Of a stretch of DNA of 34,427 nt, positions 15,862 through 25,184 are shown one piece after another. A model generated the notes under the pieces. That model was not told the origin of the DNA, did not search any database, and saw nothing but the letters and a program-made list of their open reading frames with translations. The first letter of the stretch is position 1. Each line of letters opens with the position of its first letter. Source of the stretch: Acidobacteriota bacterium. GTDB taxonomy: Bacteria > Acidobacteriota > Vicinamibacteria > Fen-336. The stretch spans positions 4,916 through 39,342 of the forward strand of contig QHVP01000038.1 of assembly GCA_003222295.1 (NCBI GenBank). Direction: 5' to 3'. A program made the translations under genes and the position numbers.

Positions 15862-16890
15862 TCAGGGGATGCTGCCGGGGCTGCGTGTTTCGGCCAGCGT
15901 CCGGATCCAGTCAACCAGCCGCACTCCGCCCACCTCGGTGGTGTAGACGGCGGGACTGTTGATGACGCAGTGCTCCGTGCCCGGCGCGGTATAGCCGAAG
16001 AAGTTCGGGCTCGTGGACCGGACCTGTGCCACCGAGGCCTGCATCTGGGCCGACCACTCTTCCGGGGTGACCAGCGCTCCCTTGGTCAGGATGTAGAAGA
16101 AGACCTGGGTCGAATCGGCGAGACGGTTGAACTGCGAGAAGGCCGACAGCGGGTAGTAGCCGGCCACGCCGGTGTAGAAGTCCGCCATGGTCAGGCGCGA
16201 CGTATCCAGGCGATCGAGGGACAGGGCCGGGATGAAGCTGGGCCAGGCCGCGCCCGCGTTCCAGTTGGACAGGGGCGTCGCGAAGAAGCCGGGCGGCACG
16301 ACCCCCGCCGCGGAATCGGCGAGCTGCACCGCCGAGGCCCCGCTGTAGTGAGCCATCACGTGCGCCGACCAGAGGATCGAACCGTAGCCGCCGGCGCTGC
16401 ATCCGGCCACGAACACCTGTCGCGGCGCGGGCACGTTCTCGTAGGCCCAGGACAGGGCCGCGGCGGCGTTCACGGCGCCGCGATGGTGCACGGTGAAGGG
16501 CCCGCTGGCCGCCGTATACGTGGTGTCGCGGTTGCCCCAGTGCAGGTCGCCCGTGCAATAGGGCACGTAGAGGTGGGTCCAGTCGCGGAACGGGTTCTCG
16601 GGGTTGGCGCGGTCGTAGATTCCGACGAGGAGTCCGCCTTGCCCGGCGGCAAGGGGATCGCTGGCGACCCGGCGCGAGTAGATGGAGGTCGCACACGTCG
16701 CGGCGTCCCAGCACGCGCCTCCGCCTTCGAACTCGACGAGCAGCTTGCCCGCGTCCCCGGGGTAGACGAAGAACTTGTAGGCCGAACCATCGGCGCAGAT
16801 CGTCTGGCCGCCGGGCTCGATCACCTGCCACTGGGCCTCGAGGAGACGGGCGCTGAGGACCAGGAACAGGAGAGCCATCCGAGTGCGCAT
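15862..16890 (-). CDS. Pectin acetylesterase (PAE/Notum) family hydrolase, secreted
   Basis: Family hallmarks GGGACWDAATC, YVPYCTGDLHWGN and the nucleophile-elbow-like GCSAGGYGS. Signal peptide MRTRMALLFLVLSARLLEAQ. An alternative upstream ATG lies at 16917. Confidence 0.8.
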   Translation of the reverse strand: MRTRMALLFLVLSARLLEAQWQVIEPGGQTICADGSAYKFFVYPGDAGKLLVEFEGGGACWDAATCATSIYSRRVASDPLAAGQGGLLVGIYDRANPENPFRDWTHLYVPYCTGDLHWGNRDTTYTAASGPFTVHHRGAVNAAAALSWAYENVPAPRQVFVAGCSAGGYGSILWSAHVMAHYSGASAVQLADSAAGVVPPGFFATPLSNWNAGAAWPSFIPALSLDRLDTSRLTMADFYTGVAGYYPLSAFSQFNRLADSTQVFFYILTKGALVTPEEWSAQMQASVAQVRSTSPNFFGYTAPGTEHCVINSPAVYTTEVGGVRLVDWIRTLAETRSPGSIP

Positions 16891-16940
16891 GGGGAGCGAA
16901 GTATATATTCGCGGCATGGCGCATCGCGCGGGGAGGAAAC

Positions 16941-18056
16941 ATGAAGGCTGAACGGTCGCTCGCCTACGCTTGCCTCCTGGCCACCGGCGCCCTCGCCGCC
17001 TCGCTCGAACCTCTCGGCGCGGCCGGAGTCGAGAAGCGGCTGCTCTACGTCGCTTCCCCGGGCATCCGCAACTATGTCGAGCACGGGGGCGTCGGCGTCC
17101 TCGTGTACGACATCGCGAATGGCCACCGCTTCGTGAAGCGGATTCCGACCTTCCCGGCCGTGGAGGGCAAGGAGCCGGAGAACGTCAAGGGCATCGTGGC
17201 CAGCGCCCGGACGGGCCGTCTCTTCGTGAGCACGCCCCAACGCCTGGCCGCCTTCGATCTCGGTACGGACCGAATGCTGTGGAACCGCACCTACGAAGGC
17301 GGGTGCGACCGCATGGCGATCTCTCCCGACGGGAAGCTCCTGTACGTCCCGTCGTTCGAGGGCCCGCACTGGACGGTCGTCGACGGCAAGAGTGGCGACG
17401 TGATCGCGAAGATCGTGACGAACTCGGGAGCCCACAACACCATCTACACCCCGAGCGGACGGCTCGCCTACCTGGCCGGCCTCAAGTCGCGGATGCTCAG
17501 CGTCGCCGACGGTCCCACCCATCGCGTCGTCAAGCAGGTCGGGCCCTTCAGCAACGCCATCCGGCCCTTCACCGTCAACGGACGCGGGAGTCTCGTCTTC
17601 GTGAACGTCAACGCCCTGCTCGGCTTCGAGGTGGGCGACCTGCAGACGGGCCGCCTGCTGCACCGCGTGGAGGTCTCCGGATACCAGCAGGGGCCGGTCA
17701 AGCGGCACGGCTGCCCCTCCCATGGAATCGCGCTCACCCCGGACGAGAAGGAGCTGTGGCTGGCGGACGGGGCCAACAACAGCGTTCACATCTTCGACAC
17801 CACGGTCATGCCCCCGCGGCAGGTGGCGAGCATCCGCCTGCGCGATCAACCAGGATGGGTGACCTTCGGTCTCGACGGCCAGTACGCCTACCCTTCGACG
17901 GGCGAGGTCATCGACACGCGCACGCGGCGGGTCGTGGCCACCCTCGAAGACGAGACCGGCCGCGCCGTACAGAGCGAGAAGCTGCTGGAGATCGACTTCT
18001 CGGGGAATCGCGCCGTCCGAGCCGGGGACCAGTTCGGCCTGGGTCGCCAGCGTTAG
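16941..18056 (+). CDS. YncE/YVTN-like beta-propeller protein, secreted
   Basis: GGGGAGGAAAC precedes the ATG. Signal peptide MKAERSLAYACLLATGALAA. Repeated blade-like units (ISPDGKLLYVPS, YTPSGRLAYLAG, LTPDEKELWLADGANNSVHIFD, FGLDGQYAYPS). Confidence 0.7.
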   Translation: MKAERSLAYACLLATGALAASLEPLGAAGVEKRLLYVASPGIRNYVEHGGVGVLVYDIANGHRFVKRIPTFPAVEGKEPENVKGIVASARTGRLFVSTPQRLAAFDLGTDRMLWNRTYEGGCDRMAISPDGKLLYVPSFEGPHWTVVDGKSGDVIAKIVTNSGAHNTIYTPSGRLAYLAGLKSRMLSVADGPTHRVVKQVGPFSNAIRPFTVNGRGSLVFVNVNALLGFEVGDLQTGRLLHRVEVSGYQQGPVKRHGCPSHGIALTPDEKELWLADGANNSVHIFDTTVMPPRQVASIRLRDQPGWVTFGLDGQYAYPSTGEVIDTRTRRVVATLEDETGRAVQSEKLLEIDFSGNRAVRAGDQFGLGRQR

Positions 18057-18295
18057 GCCTTCGTTCGATGAGCGGCTTGCGCTCGCCCGAGAACGCGGGT
18101 ACGGTATTGGTTCATCAGTCTGCTTTCCTGAGCCGCTGTCACCGATCGATCTACCACTCCTCGACCGCTCGTTAAAGCAAGAAACTCGCGCTGGGAGGGC
18201 ACACCCTCGACGGCCAGCGTCTACCATCGACTCAGAGACGGTCAGAAGGTCGCCGCACGCGCCGTGAGCGTTGTCGGCCGGCGAAGGAGGACCTC

Positions 18296-19811
18296 ATGCG
18301 CCGTTTGCGAGTCGTGATCCTGGACCTGCTCGAGAAGGGTCCGAGCAACTCGCTCTGGGCCCGGGCCATGCAGCCCAACTTCGCGAGCATCATGCCGCAG
18401 GCGATCGCGGTCTGGTGCGAGGAGGCCGGTCACGAGGTCACCCTCGTCTGCTACACCGGGCGCGAGGACCTGACCCGCGAGCTGCCGGACGACACCCAGA
18501 TCCTCTTCGTCGCGTCCTACACCCAGACCGCCCATCTCGCGTACGCGCTGAGCAACATCTACCGCCAGCGCGGGGTGGTGACGGTGCTGGGCGGATCGCA
18601 CGCCCGCTGCTACCCGCACGACGCCTCGTCCTACTTCGATTACGTCCTCGGGTTCACGGACCGGGCGACCATCGATGAGGTGCTGCGCGAGTGCGCGCCC
18701 CACCAGCCGGGGCGGTGCCTCAGCGCCAAGCGGCAGCCCGCGCAGCTCCCCGGAGTCCGCGAGCGCTGGAAGTTCATCGAGCCCACCATCGCCAAGGCGT
18801 CGGCCATCAAGATCATCCCCATGATCGGCAGCCTCGGCTGCCCCTACACCTGCAGCTTCTGTATCGACGCCGCCGTGGAATATCAGCCCCTGGACCGGGA
18901 CCAGATCCGCGACGACCTCCGAGGAGGCGGTGCCTCCCGGCCGCATCGACTTCCTGGCCGAGAGCAGCCTCTCCCTCCTCTCCGAGCCGCACCTGCAGCG
19001 TCTGCAGAAGAACGGGTTCAAGGCCATCCTGCCCGGCATCGAGTCCTGGTATTCGATGGGCGGCAAGTCCAAGACGGGCAGCCGCACGGGGCTCGACAAG
19101 GTCGAGCAGGTCTCGGACCACGTGAACACGATCCTCCGTTACATTCCCTACGTCCAGGCGAACTTCGTGCTCGGCCTCGACGACGACGTGGGCGAGGAGC
19201 CCTTCGAGCTGACCAAGCGCTTCGTGGACCTGACCCCCGGGGCCTTCCCCGCCTATTCGCTGCTGTCCGCCTTCGGCCAGGCCGCCCCGCTGAACCTCGA
19301 GCTCCAGCGCGACGGCCGCGTGCTGCCCACGCCCTTCCACTTCCTCGACAACAACAAGGCCACGAACGTCCGCCCCAAGAACTACACGTGGAACGCGCTC
19401 TACGACAACATCATCGGCCTGCGGCGCCATACCTTCTCCTGGCCGGCCATCGGACGGCGCCTGCGCGCCAACCGCGTCCAGACCGCGCGCTGGATGAACT
19501 TCGTGCGCGCGGTATCGGCAGAGGGCTTCGGGCGGATCCGTCACGACTCCACCGTCCGCCGGCTGCTGGACCAGGACGTGTCCGTACGCCGCTTCTTCGA
19601 GGGGGAGAGCGAGAGCTTGCCCGCGTTCTACACGGATCAGGTGCGGAAGGACCTCGGCCCGTGGTGGGAAGCCCTTCCGGAGGGATCCCTGTCCCACGAT
19701 CCCAATGCGTACCTCAAGGCCCACCACGCCGCCCAGACGCCGGCCCACCCCCACGTGCCGCGCGCGGGCCGGGCCGCCCAACCGACGGCGCCGTCCCCTT
19801 CCGTGTCCTGA
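18296..19811 (+). pseudogene. B12-binding-domain radical SAM enzyme carrying a +1 frameshift at about 18917-18921
   Basis: GAAGGAGG lies 5 nt before the ATG at 18296. The N-terminal Rossmann-like B12-binding region (VVILDLL...VTLVCYTG...ILFVASYTQTAH...VVTVLGGSHA) is followed by the radical SAM cluster motif GCPYTCSFC. The protein-like sequence continues in the next frame (EEAVPPGRIDFLAESSLSLLSEPHLQRLQKNGFKAILPGIESW..., track ORF 18930-19811). The original frame decays into Arg/Pro-rich sequence. Confidence 0.75.
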
Positions 19812-19821
19812 TGCGGCGCCG

Positions 19822-20592
19822 GTGACGGCGCATCCCGTCGCCCGCTACGTTCCTCTCCTGATCGAGGGCGACGAGGCGGGGCTGCGGGACCTCTTCCAGG
19901 GCCCGCCGCGCGTCAACGACCCCCATCTGGGCTGGATCGAGGACGCGCGCTTCGACCAGTTCGTCGAGAACAGCCATCAGGGGCTGCGGGAGCGGAGCGC
20001 GACCGTCGAGCACCTCAGCACCACCGCCACCGGGGCCGGCGCCACCGAGGAGTGCGTCCTGCGCCTGGTGCGGTACGGGCACGCGGTTTCCCTGCCCGTC
20101 GCGATCGCGAGCGACACGTCGCCGGACGCGCGACTGGCCTCGATCCGGATCTACCACAGCATTTGGCCGCTGGCCGGATTCCATCTCGTGCGCGGGCCGA
20201 TCCTGCCCGCGGTCGCGGACATCTTCTTGCCCGACGTGATCGGCCGCTACCACGAGTGCCTCGCGCGCGGCGACGTCGCGGGAATCGTCCAGCAGTTCGC
20301 GCCCTCCGGCGGGCTGCGGGAAGCCGGCGACGCGGCTGAAGTGCATCGCGGGGCCTCGGAGCTGAGCCGCTTCTTCACCGTGCTCTTCGCGAACGGAGGC
20401 GGCCTCGGGGTCGAACACTGCACGATCGCGGACGAGGGCGCATCCTGCGCGCTGGAGTACGTGATCACGGCCTGGGGACGCTCGTCCCTCCCGCACCAGG
20501 CGGCGGCCGCCGTCTACGAGCGCGCCGACACCGGCCTCCTGGCCGAGGTGCGGATGTACGACGACATCGAGAACCCGCTGCATCGGAACTAG
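19822..20592 (+). CDS. Tandem NTF2/SnoaL-like (ketosteroid-isomerase-fold) protein
   Basis: The GTG at 19822 lies 10 nt after the radical SAM stop. There are two similar halves of about 125 aa: ...LIEGDEAGLRDLF...ATVEHLSTTATGAGATEECVLRL...IRIYHS and ...LARGDVAGIVQQFAPSGGLREA...GVEHCTIADEGASCALEYVIT...VRMYDD. The fold assignment comes from sequence pattern only. Confidence 0.55.
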   Translation: MTAHPVARYVPLLIEGDEAGLRDLFQGPPRVNDPHLGWIEDARFDQFVENSHQGLRERSATVEHLSTTATGAGATEECVLRLVRYGHAVSLPVAIASDTSPDARLASIRIYHSIWPLAGFHLVRGPILPAVADIFLPDVIGRYHECLARGDVAGIVQQFAPSGGLREAGDAAEVHRGASELSRFFTVLFANGGGLGVEHCTIADEGASCALEYVITAWGRSSLPHQAAAAVYERADTGLLAEVRMYDDIENPLHRN

Positions 20593-20599
20593 CGCCGGC

Positions 20600-20627
20600 C
20601 GTCCGGAGGTACGATAGCGGCCGGACG
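20600..20627 (+). terminator. Intergenic GC-rich hairpin after the NTF2-like gene (possible terminator or attenuator)
   Basis: CGTCCGG (20600-20606) pairs with CCGGACG (20621-20627) around a 14-nt loop, with two further pairs after a mismatch. There is no U-tract. Confidence 0.2.
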
Positions 20628-20637
20628 ACCCCTGGAG

Positions 20638-21540
20638 GTGAGATTGCGTTTCACGTACGTGATACCGGTGGCGGCGGTGCTGCTGAGCGCCGCTCGCCTG
20701 GGCGCGCAACCGCCGCCCGCCGCGCCCCCGCCGCCCGCGAGCGCACCCGCCCCGGCCCACCCCCCCACGCCGGCGGAGGGCACGCCCAAGTTCGACCCCG
20801 CGGCGGTGGAGCGCGGCAAGGCGCTGCTCGTCGCCCAGTGCGGCTTCTGCCACGGCTCGAACGCGCGGGGCGGGCAGCAGGGCCCGGACCTCACGCGGTC
20901 CGACCTCGTGCAGAGCGACGAGAACGGCAAGCAGCTCGCCGCGTTCCTGAAGGTCGGACGGCCCGAGCTGAAGATGCCGAAGTTCGATCTGCCCGACAAG
21001 GACGTGGTGGACCTGGCGACGTTCCTGCACGCGACGATCGCCTCCGTCTCCGATCGGGACAAGTACAAGATCCTCGACATCGTGGTCGGCGACCCGAAGG
21101 CCGGCCAGGCCTTCTTCAACGGCGCCGGCCGGTGCAACACCTGCCATTCGCCCGAAGGCGATCTGAAGGGGGTGGGCGCGAAGTACGACGACGTGGCGAC
21201 GCTGCAGGGCCGCCTGGTGATGCCGCGCGGACGTCAGCGGCGGCGCGGTCCGCCGCGGCCCGGCCAGGTCGACGTGCCTCCCTACCTCCAGTCCACGGCG
21301 GTCAAGGCCACCATCACCCTGCCCTCGGGCGAGACGGTCACCGGGCCCCTCGTCCGCCTCACCGATTTCGACGTCACGATCTACGATCCGGCCGCGCAGC
21401 AGACGCGCTCGTGGCTGCGCAGTGGCGGCCGTCCCGCGGTCACGCTCACCGATCCCCTGCAAGCGCACGTCGACATGGTGCGCAAGTGGACGGATACGGA
21501 CATCCACAACATGACGGCTTTCCTGGCGACGCTCAAATAA
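20638..21540 (+). CDS. Dihaem c-type cytochrome, secreted
   Basis: Two CxxCH motifs (AQCGFCHGSN and GRCNTCHSPEG). Signal peptide followed by a Pro/Ala-rich linker QPPPAAPPPPASAPAPAHPPTP. The start may be the TTG at 20644, with GGAGG 5 nt upstream. Confidence 0.85.
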   Translation: MRLRFTYVIPVAAVLLSAARLGAQPPPAAPPPPASAPAPAHPPTPAEGTPKFDPAAVERGKALLVAQCGFCHGSNARGGQQGPDLTRSDLVQSDENGKQLAAFLKVGRPELKMPKFDLPDKDVVDLATFLHATIASVSDRDKYKILDIVVGDPKAGQAFFNGAGRCNTCHSPEGDLKGVGAKYDDVATLQGRLVMPRGRQRRRGPPRPGQVDVPPYLQSTAVKATITLPSGETVTGPLVRLTDFDVTIYDPAAQQTRSWLRSGGRPAVTLTDPLQAHVDMVRKWTDTDIHNMTAFLATLK

Positions 21541-23204
21541 TGAAGATACCCATGCTGCCGGCGCTCCTCGTCCTCTCCCTGGCCTCCGGCGCGGCCGCGG
21601 CCGACCTGCCTCGCGGACTCGACCCCGCCCTGCTCACGAAGCCTCCGACCGATTCCTGGCCGACCTATCACGGCGACTACTCCGGCCGCCGCTATAGCAC
21701 GCTGAGCCAGATCAACGCGGACAACGTCAAGAACCTGAGCCTGGCCTGGATCTACCGCGCCAACACCCAACCCGCGGGGGCGATGACGGGCGGCGAGGGC
21801 CCGGACACGCCGCCGCCGGGGACGGGCGGCTTCGGCCTCGACATCAAGTCCACGCCGCTGCTCGTGAACGGCGTGCTGTACCTGACCGCGCCCGACAACG
21901 TGTGGGCCGTGGATCCGCGCACCGGGCGCGAGATCTGGCACTTCTACTGGAAGACGCGGGGCGGCATCCACATCGGCAACCGCGGCGTCGGCATGTACGG
22001 CAACTGGCTCTACTTCCTGACTCCGGACAACTATTTCGTCTGCCTCGACGCCACCACCGGGAAGGAGCGCTGGCACAAGGAAATCGCGAACGTCAAGCGC
22101 GAGTACTTCTCGACGGCGGCGCCCGTCGTGATCCGCAACCACGTCATCATCGGCGTGGGCGGCGACTCGCTGGACGTGCCCGGCTATCTCGAGTCGCGCG
22201 ATCCGGACACGGGCGAGCTGCAGTGGCGGTGGTACACGACCCCGCGGCCGGGGGAAAAGGGCTCGGAGACGTGGCCGGACCAGTACTCGATGGAGCACGG
22301 CGGGGGGATGCCCTGGCTGCCCGGCAGCTACGACCCGGAGCTGAACCTGTATTACTTCGGCACCGGCAACGCGAACCCGGTGCTGTCCGGACAAAGCCGC
22401 CCGGGCGACAACCTCTGGACGGCTTCGATCGTGGCCGTGAACGTCGATACGGGCAAGATGGCCTGGTACTACCAGGCCACGCCGCACGACACCCACGACT
22501 GGGACGCGGCCCAGACGCCCGTGCTCATCGACGGCGTCATCGACGGCAAGCCGCGCAAGCTCGTCGCCCAGGCCAACCGCAACGGTCACTTCTTCGTGCT
22601 CGATCGCACGAACGGCAAGCACATCCTCACCGCGCCCCTCATCGACAGCCTCAACTGGACGAAGGAGATCAACGCGAAGGGACAACCCGTCGGGAACCCG
22701 GCCAAGGAGGCGAGCATCCCCGGCACGCTCGTCTCGCCCACCACGGACGGCACCACCAACTGGCCGCCCCCGAGCTTCAACCCGGACACCGGGCTCTTCT
22801 ACGTCGGCACCACGCGCGGCTACAGCATCTTCTACCTCACCGACACCGATCCCCGCCCGCAGGGCTGGGCCGCGGCCGAGCGCCACCTCGGCAACCTGGG
22901 CGCGGAGCTGAAGGCCATCGACTACCAGACGGGCAAGATCGTCTGGAGCCGCCCGCAGGCCATCAGCGCCTGGGGCGGAGGCGGAGGATCGATGGGACTC
23001 CTCAGCACCGCGGGCAAGCTCCTCTTCGGCAACGACGGCGGAGGCGACTTCGTGGCCTACGAGGCCGCCACCGGCAATCCGCTCTGGCACGCGGGGCTCG
23101 GCAACAACACCACCAACGGACCGTCGACCTTCCTGCTCGACGGCCGGCAGTACGTGGTGGTCGGAGCCGGCGATCAGCTCTTCGCGTTCACCCTGCAGCC
23201 GTAG
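21540..23204 (+). CDS. PQQ-dependent dehydrogenase (eight-bladed quinoprotein), periplasmic
   Basis: The ATG overlaps the cytochrome c stop (TAATG). Signal peptide MKIPMLPALLVLSLASGAAAA. N-terminus WPTYHGDYSGRRYSTLSQINADNVKNLSLAW. Repeated A.D..TG...W blade motifs (AVDPRTGREIW, CLDATTGKERW, SRDPDTGELQW, AVNVDTGKMAW, AIDYQTGKIVW, AYEAATGNPLW). The track ORF from 20838 is a spurious upstream extension. Confidence 0.9.
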   Translation: MKIPMLPALLVLSLASGAAAADLPRGLDPALLTKPPTDSWPTYHGDYSGRRYSTLSQINADNVKNLSLAWIYRANTQPAGAMTGGEGPDTPPPGTGGFGLDIKSTPLLVNGVLYLTAPDNVWAVDPRTGREIWHFYWKTRGGIHIGNRGVGMYGNWLYFLTPDNYFVCLDATTGKERWHKEIANVKREYFSTAAPVVIRNHVIIGVGGDSLDVPGYLESRDPDTGELQWRWYTTPRPGEKGSETWPDQYSMEHGGGMPWLPGSYDPELNLYYFGTGNANPVLSGQSRPGDNLWTASIVAVNVDTGKMAWYYQATPHDTHDWDAAQTPVLIDGVIDGKPRKLVAQANRNGHFFVLDRTNGKHILTAPLIDSLNWTKEINAKGQPVGNPAKEASIPGTLVSPTTDGTTNWPPPSFNPDTGLFYVGTTRGYSIFYLTDTDPRPQGWAAAERHLGNLGAELKAIDYQTGKIVWSRPQAISAWGGGGGSMGLLSTAGKLLFGNDGGGDFVAYEAATGNPLWHAGLGNNTTNGPSTFLLDGRQYVVVGAGDQLFAFTLQP

Positions 23205-23219
23205 GGGCGGGAGGCCTTC

Positions 23220-24095
23220 ATGTACAGCCGGCGCGAGTTCGGAAAGCTCACCCTGGCCGCCTTGGCGTTGCCGCGGACGCTGACCGCGGCCGTCGACTCG
23301 AAGGTCAAAGGCGTGCGCTTCGGCGTGCAGACCTACAGCTTCCGGGACCTGCCGCGGCCGGAAGGCGGCGACGCGGTAGACGTGATCATCCAGGCCATGA
23401 CCGCCTGCGGCCTGGGTGAATGCGAGCTGTGGTCGCCGCAGCTCGAGCCGGCGAAGAAGACTCGCGAGGAACTGCGGGCCTGGCGCCTGACCACGCCCCT
23501 CGACCATTTCGCGGGCATCCGCCAGAAGTTCGACGCCGCCGGCCTCGAGATCTTCGGCTACAACTACTCGTTCAACCCGAGCTTCACGGACGAGGAGATC
23601 GATCGCGGCTTCGAGATGGCGCGCGCGCTGGGCGCCGAGATCATTACCGCCTCCACCACGCTGCCGGTGGCGAAGCGCGTGGTGCCCTTCGCGGAGAAGC
23701 ACAAGATGATCGTGGCCATGCACGGCCACTCCAAGGTGGACGACCCAAGCGAGTTCGCCACCCCGGAGAGCTTCGCCGCCGCCCTGAAGATGTCCAGGTA
23801 CTTCAAGGTCAACCTGGACATCGGCCACTTCACCGCCGGCAACTTCGACGCCGTCGCCTACGTGCGCGAGCACCACGCCGACATCACGAACCTCCACATC
23901 AAGGATCGCAAGAAGAACCAGGGCGAGAACACGCCCTGGGGCGAAGGCGACACCCCGATCCGCGAAGTGCTTCAGCTCGTGGAGAAGAACAAGTGGCCGA
24001 TCCCGGCGGATATCGAGTACGAATACAGGGGCACGGGGACGCCGGTCGAAGAAGTGAAGAAGTGCTACGCGTACGCGCGCCAGGCGCTGGCCTAG
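23220..24095 (+). CDS. Xylose-isomerase-like TIM-barrel protein (sugar phosphate isomerase/epimerase family) with Tat signal
   Basis: GGGAGG lies upstream of the ATG. Twin-arginine signal [24 protein letters not shown]. Family-typical segments ...[10 protein letters not shown]..., ...[12 protein letters not shown]..., ...HGHS... and ...KVNLDIGHF.... Confidence 0.85.
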   Translation: MYSRREFGKLTLAALALPRTLTAAVDSKVKGVRFGVQTYSFRDLPRPEGGDAVDVIIQAMTACGLGECELWSPQLEPAKKTREELRAWRLTTPLDHFAGIRQKFDAAGLEIFGYNYSFNPSFTDEEIDRGFEMARALGAEIITASTTLPVAKRVVPFAEKHKMIVAMHGHSKVDDPSEFATPESFAAALKMSRYFKVNLDIGHFTAGNFDAVAYVREHHADITNLHIKDRKKNQGENTPWGEGDTPIREVLQLVEKNKWPIPADIEYEYRGTGTPVEEVKKCYAYARQALA

Positions 24096-25153
24096 CGGGC
24101 GCGGCCGTCCTCGCCGGCGGGCTCGCCGCGTGCTCTGGCCCCTCGCGCGCGCCGTCGCCGCAGCCCAGCCCCGCGTCCGTCACGACTCTCGCCGCCGCAC
24201 CGAGCGGCCCCCGCCTCTACGTCACGAACGAGCGCTCCGGCGACCTGAGCGTGATCGATCTGGCTTCCCGCAAGGTCGTGGCCACGGTTCCCCTCGGCAA
24301 GCGCCCGCGCGGCCTGCGCGTGAGCCCCGACGGCACCGTCCTCTACGTCGCGCTGAGCGGATCCCCCTTCGCCCCGCCGGGCGTGGACGAGAAGACGCTG
24401 CGCGCGCCCGATCGGTCCGCCGACGGCATCGGCGTGGTGGACGTGCGCACGCTCCGCCTCGCCCGGGTGATGCCGGTGGGCACGGACCCCGAGCAGCTCG
24501 CGGTCAGCCGGGACGGCGCCCGCCTGTTCGTGTCCAACGAGGATGCCGCCACCGTCAGCGTCGTGGACGCCGCGGAGGGGCGCATCGTGGCCACGGTGAA
24601 AGTCGGAGGAGAGCCGGAAGGCGTCGAGGTGGCGCCGGACGGCACCGTCGTTTACGCGACGTCGGAGGAAGACGGCCTGGTGTTCGCGATCGACGCCACG
24701 CGCGCGACCGTGCTCGGCAAGTTCTCGACGCCGCCGCGGCCGCGGTCCGTGGCCTTCCTTCCCGACGGCACGCGCGCCTACGTGACGTGCGAGAACGGCC
24801 ACGCGGTGGCGGTGGTGGACACGCGCCGCCACGCCCCGCTCAAGACGATCGCGCTCACCTTCGAGAACGCGCGGCCCATGGGCATCGTGGCCGCGCCGGA
24901 CGGGCGCTACGTGTACGTGACCACCGGCCGTGGAGGCAAGGTCGTCGCCATCGACGCGCAGACGGACAAGCCGGTCGCGGAGATCGAAGTGGGCCCGCGG
25001 CCGTGGGGCATCGCGATATCCGCGGACGGCGGCACGCTGTACACCGCGAACGGACCTTCCAACGATATTTCGATCGTTGACGTCGGCAGCCGGACGGTGA
25101 CCGCGCGCATCACGGTGGGAGACAGTCCGTGGGGGTTGGCGTTGGGACCCTAA
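24062..25153 (+). CDS. YVTN-family beta-propeller repeat lipoprotein
   Basis: The only canonical in-frame start is the GTG at 24062, a 34-nt overlap with the TIM-barrel gene. It gives a lipoprotein signal (V)[23 protein letters not shown]. Seven repeats of about 40 residues have the form P.G..(V/I)SPDG..(L/V)YV(A/T). Confidence 0.75.
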   Translation: MLRVRAPGAGLAGAAVLAGGLAACSGPSRAPSPQPSPASVTTLAAAPSGPRLYVTNERSGDLSVIDLASRKVVATVPLGKRPRGLRVSPDGTVLYVALSGSPFAPPGVDEKTLRAPDRSADGIGVVDVRTLRLARVMPVGTDPEQLAVSRDGARLFVSNEDAATVSVVDAAEGRIVATVKVGGEPEGVEVAPDGTVVYATSEEDGLVFAIDATRATVLGKFSTPPRPRSVAFLPDGTRAYVTCENGHAVAVVDTRRHAPLKTIALTFENARPMGIVAAPDGRYVYVTTGRGGKVVAIDAQTDKPVAEIEVGPRPWGIAISADGGTLYTANGPSNDISIVDVGSRTVTARITVGDSPWGLALGP

Positions 25154-25184
25154 TCTGTTACCCAGGCCGATCGACTTTCGTTGC

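Noticed and set aside
18057-18295. Possible cobalamin riboswitch in the 239-nt leader of the B12-binding radical SAM gene
   Set aside because: There is a nested hairpin (CGCTGG GAGGG CAC ACCCTC GACGG CCAGCG, about 18189-18219) and a GTCAGAAGGTCGCC stretch vaguely like a B12 box. The conserved GGGAA / GGTGAAAATCC-type core elements are absent by eye. A covariance-model scan (Rfam cmscan) would be needed, and I do not call it.
21381-23897. 838-aa ORF on the minus strand
   Set aside because: It is antisense to the PQQ dehydrogenase and TIM-barrel genes, has shadow-frame composition, and has no recognisable motifs.
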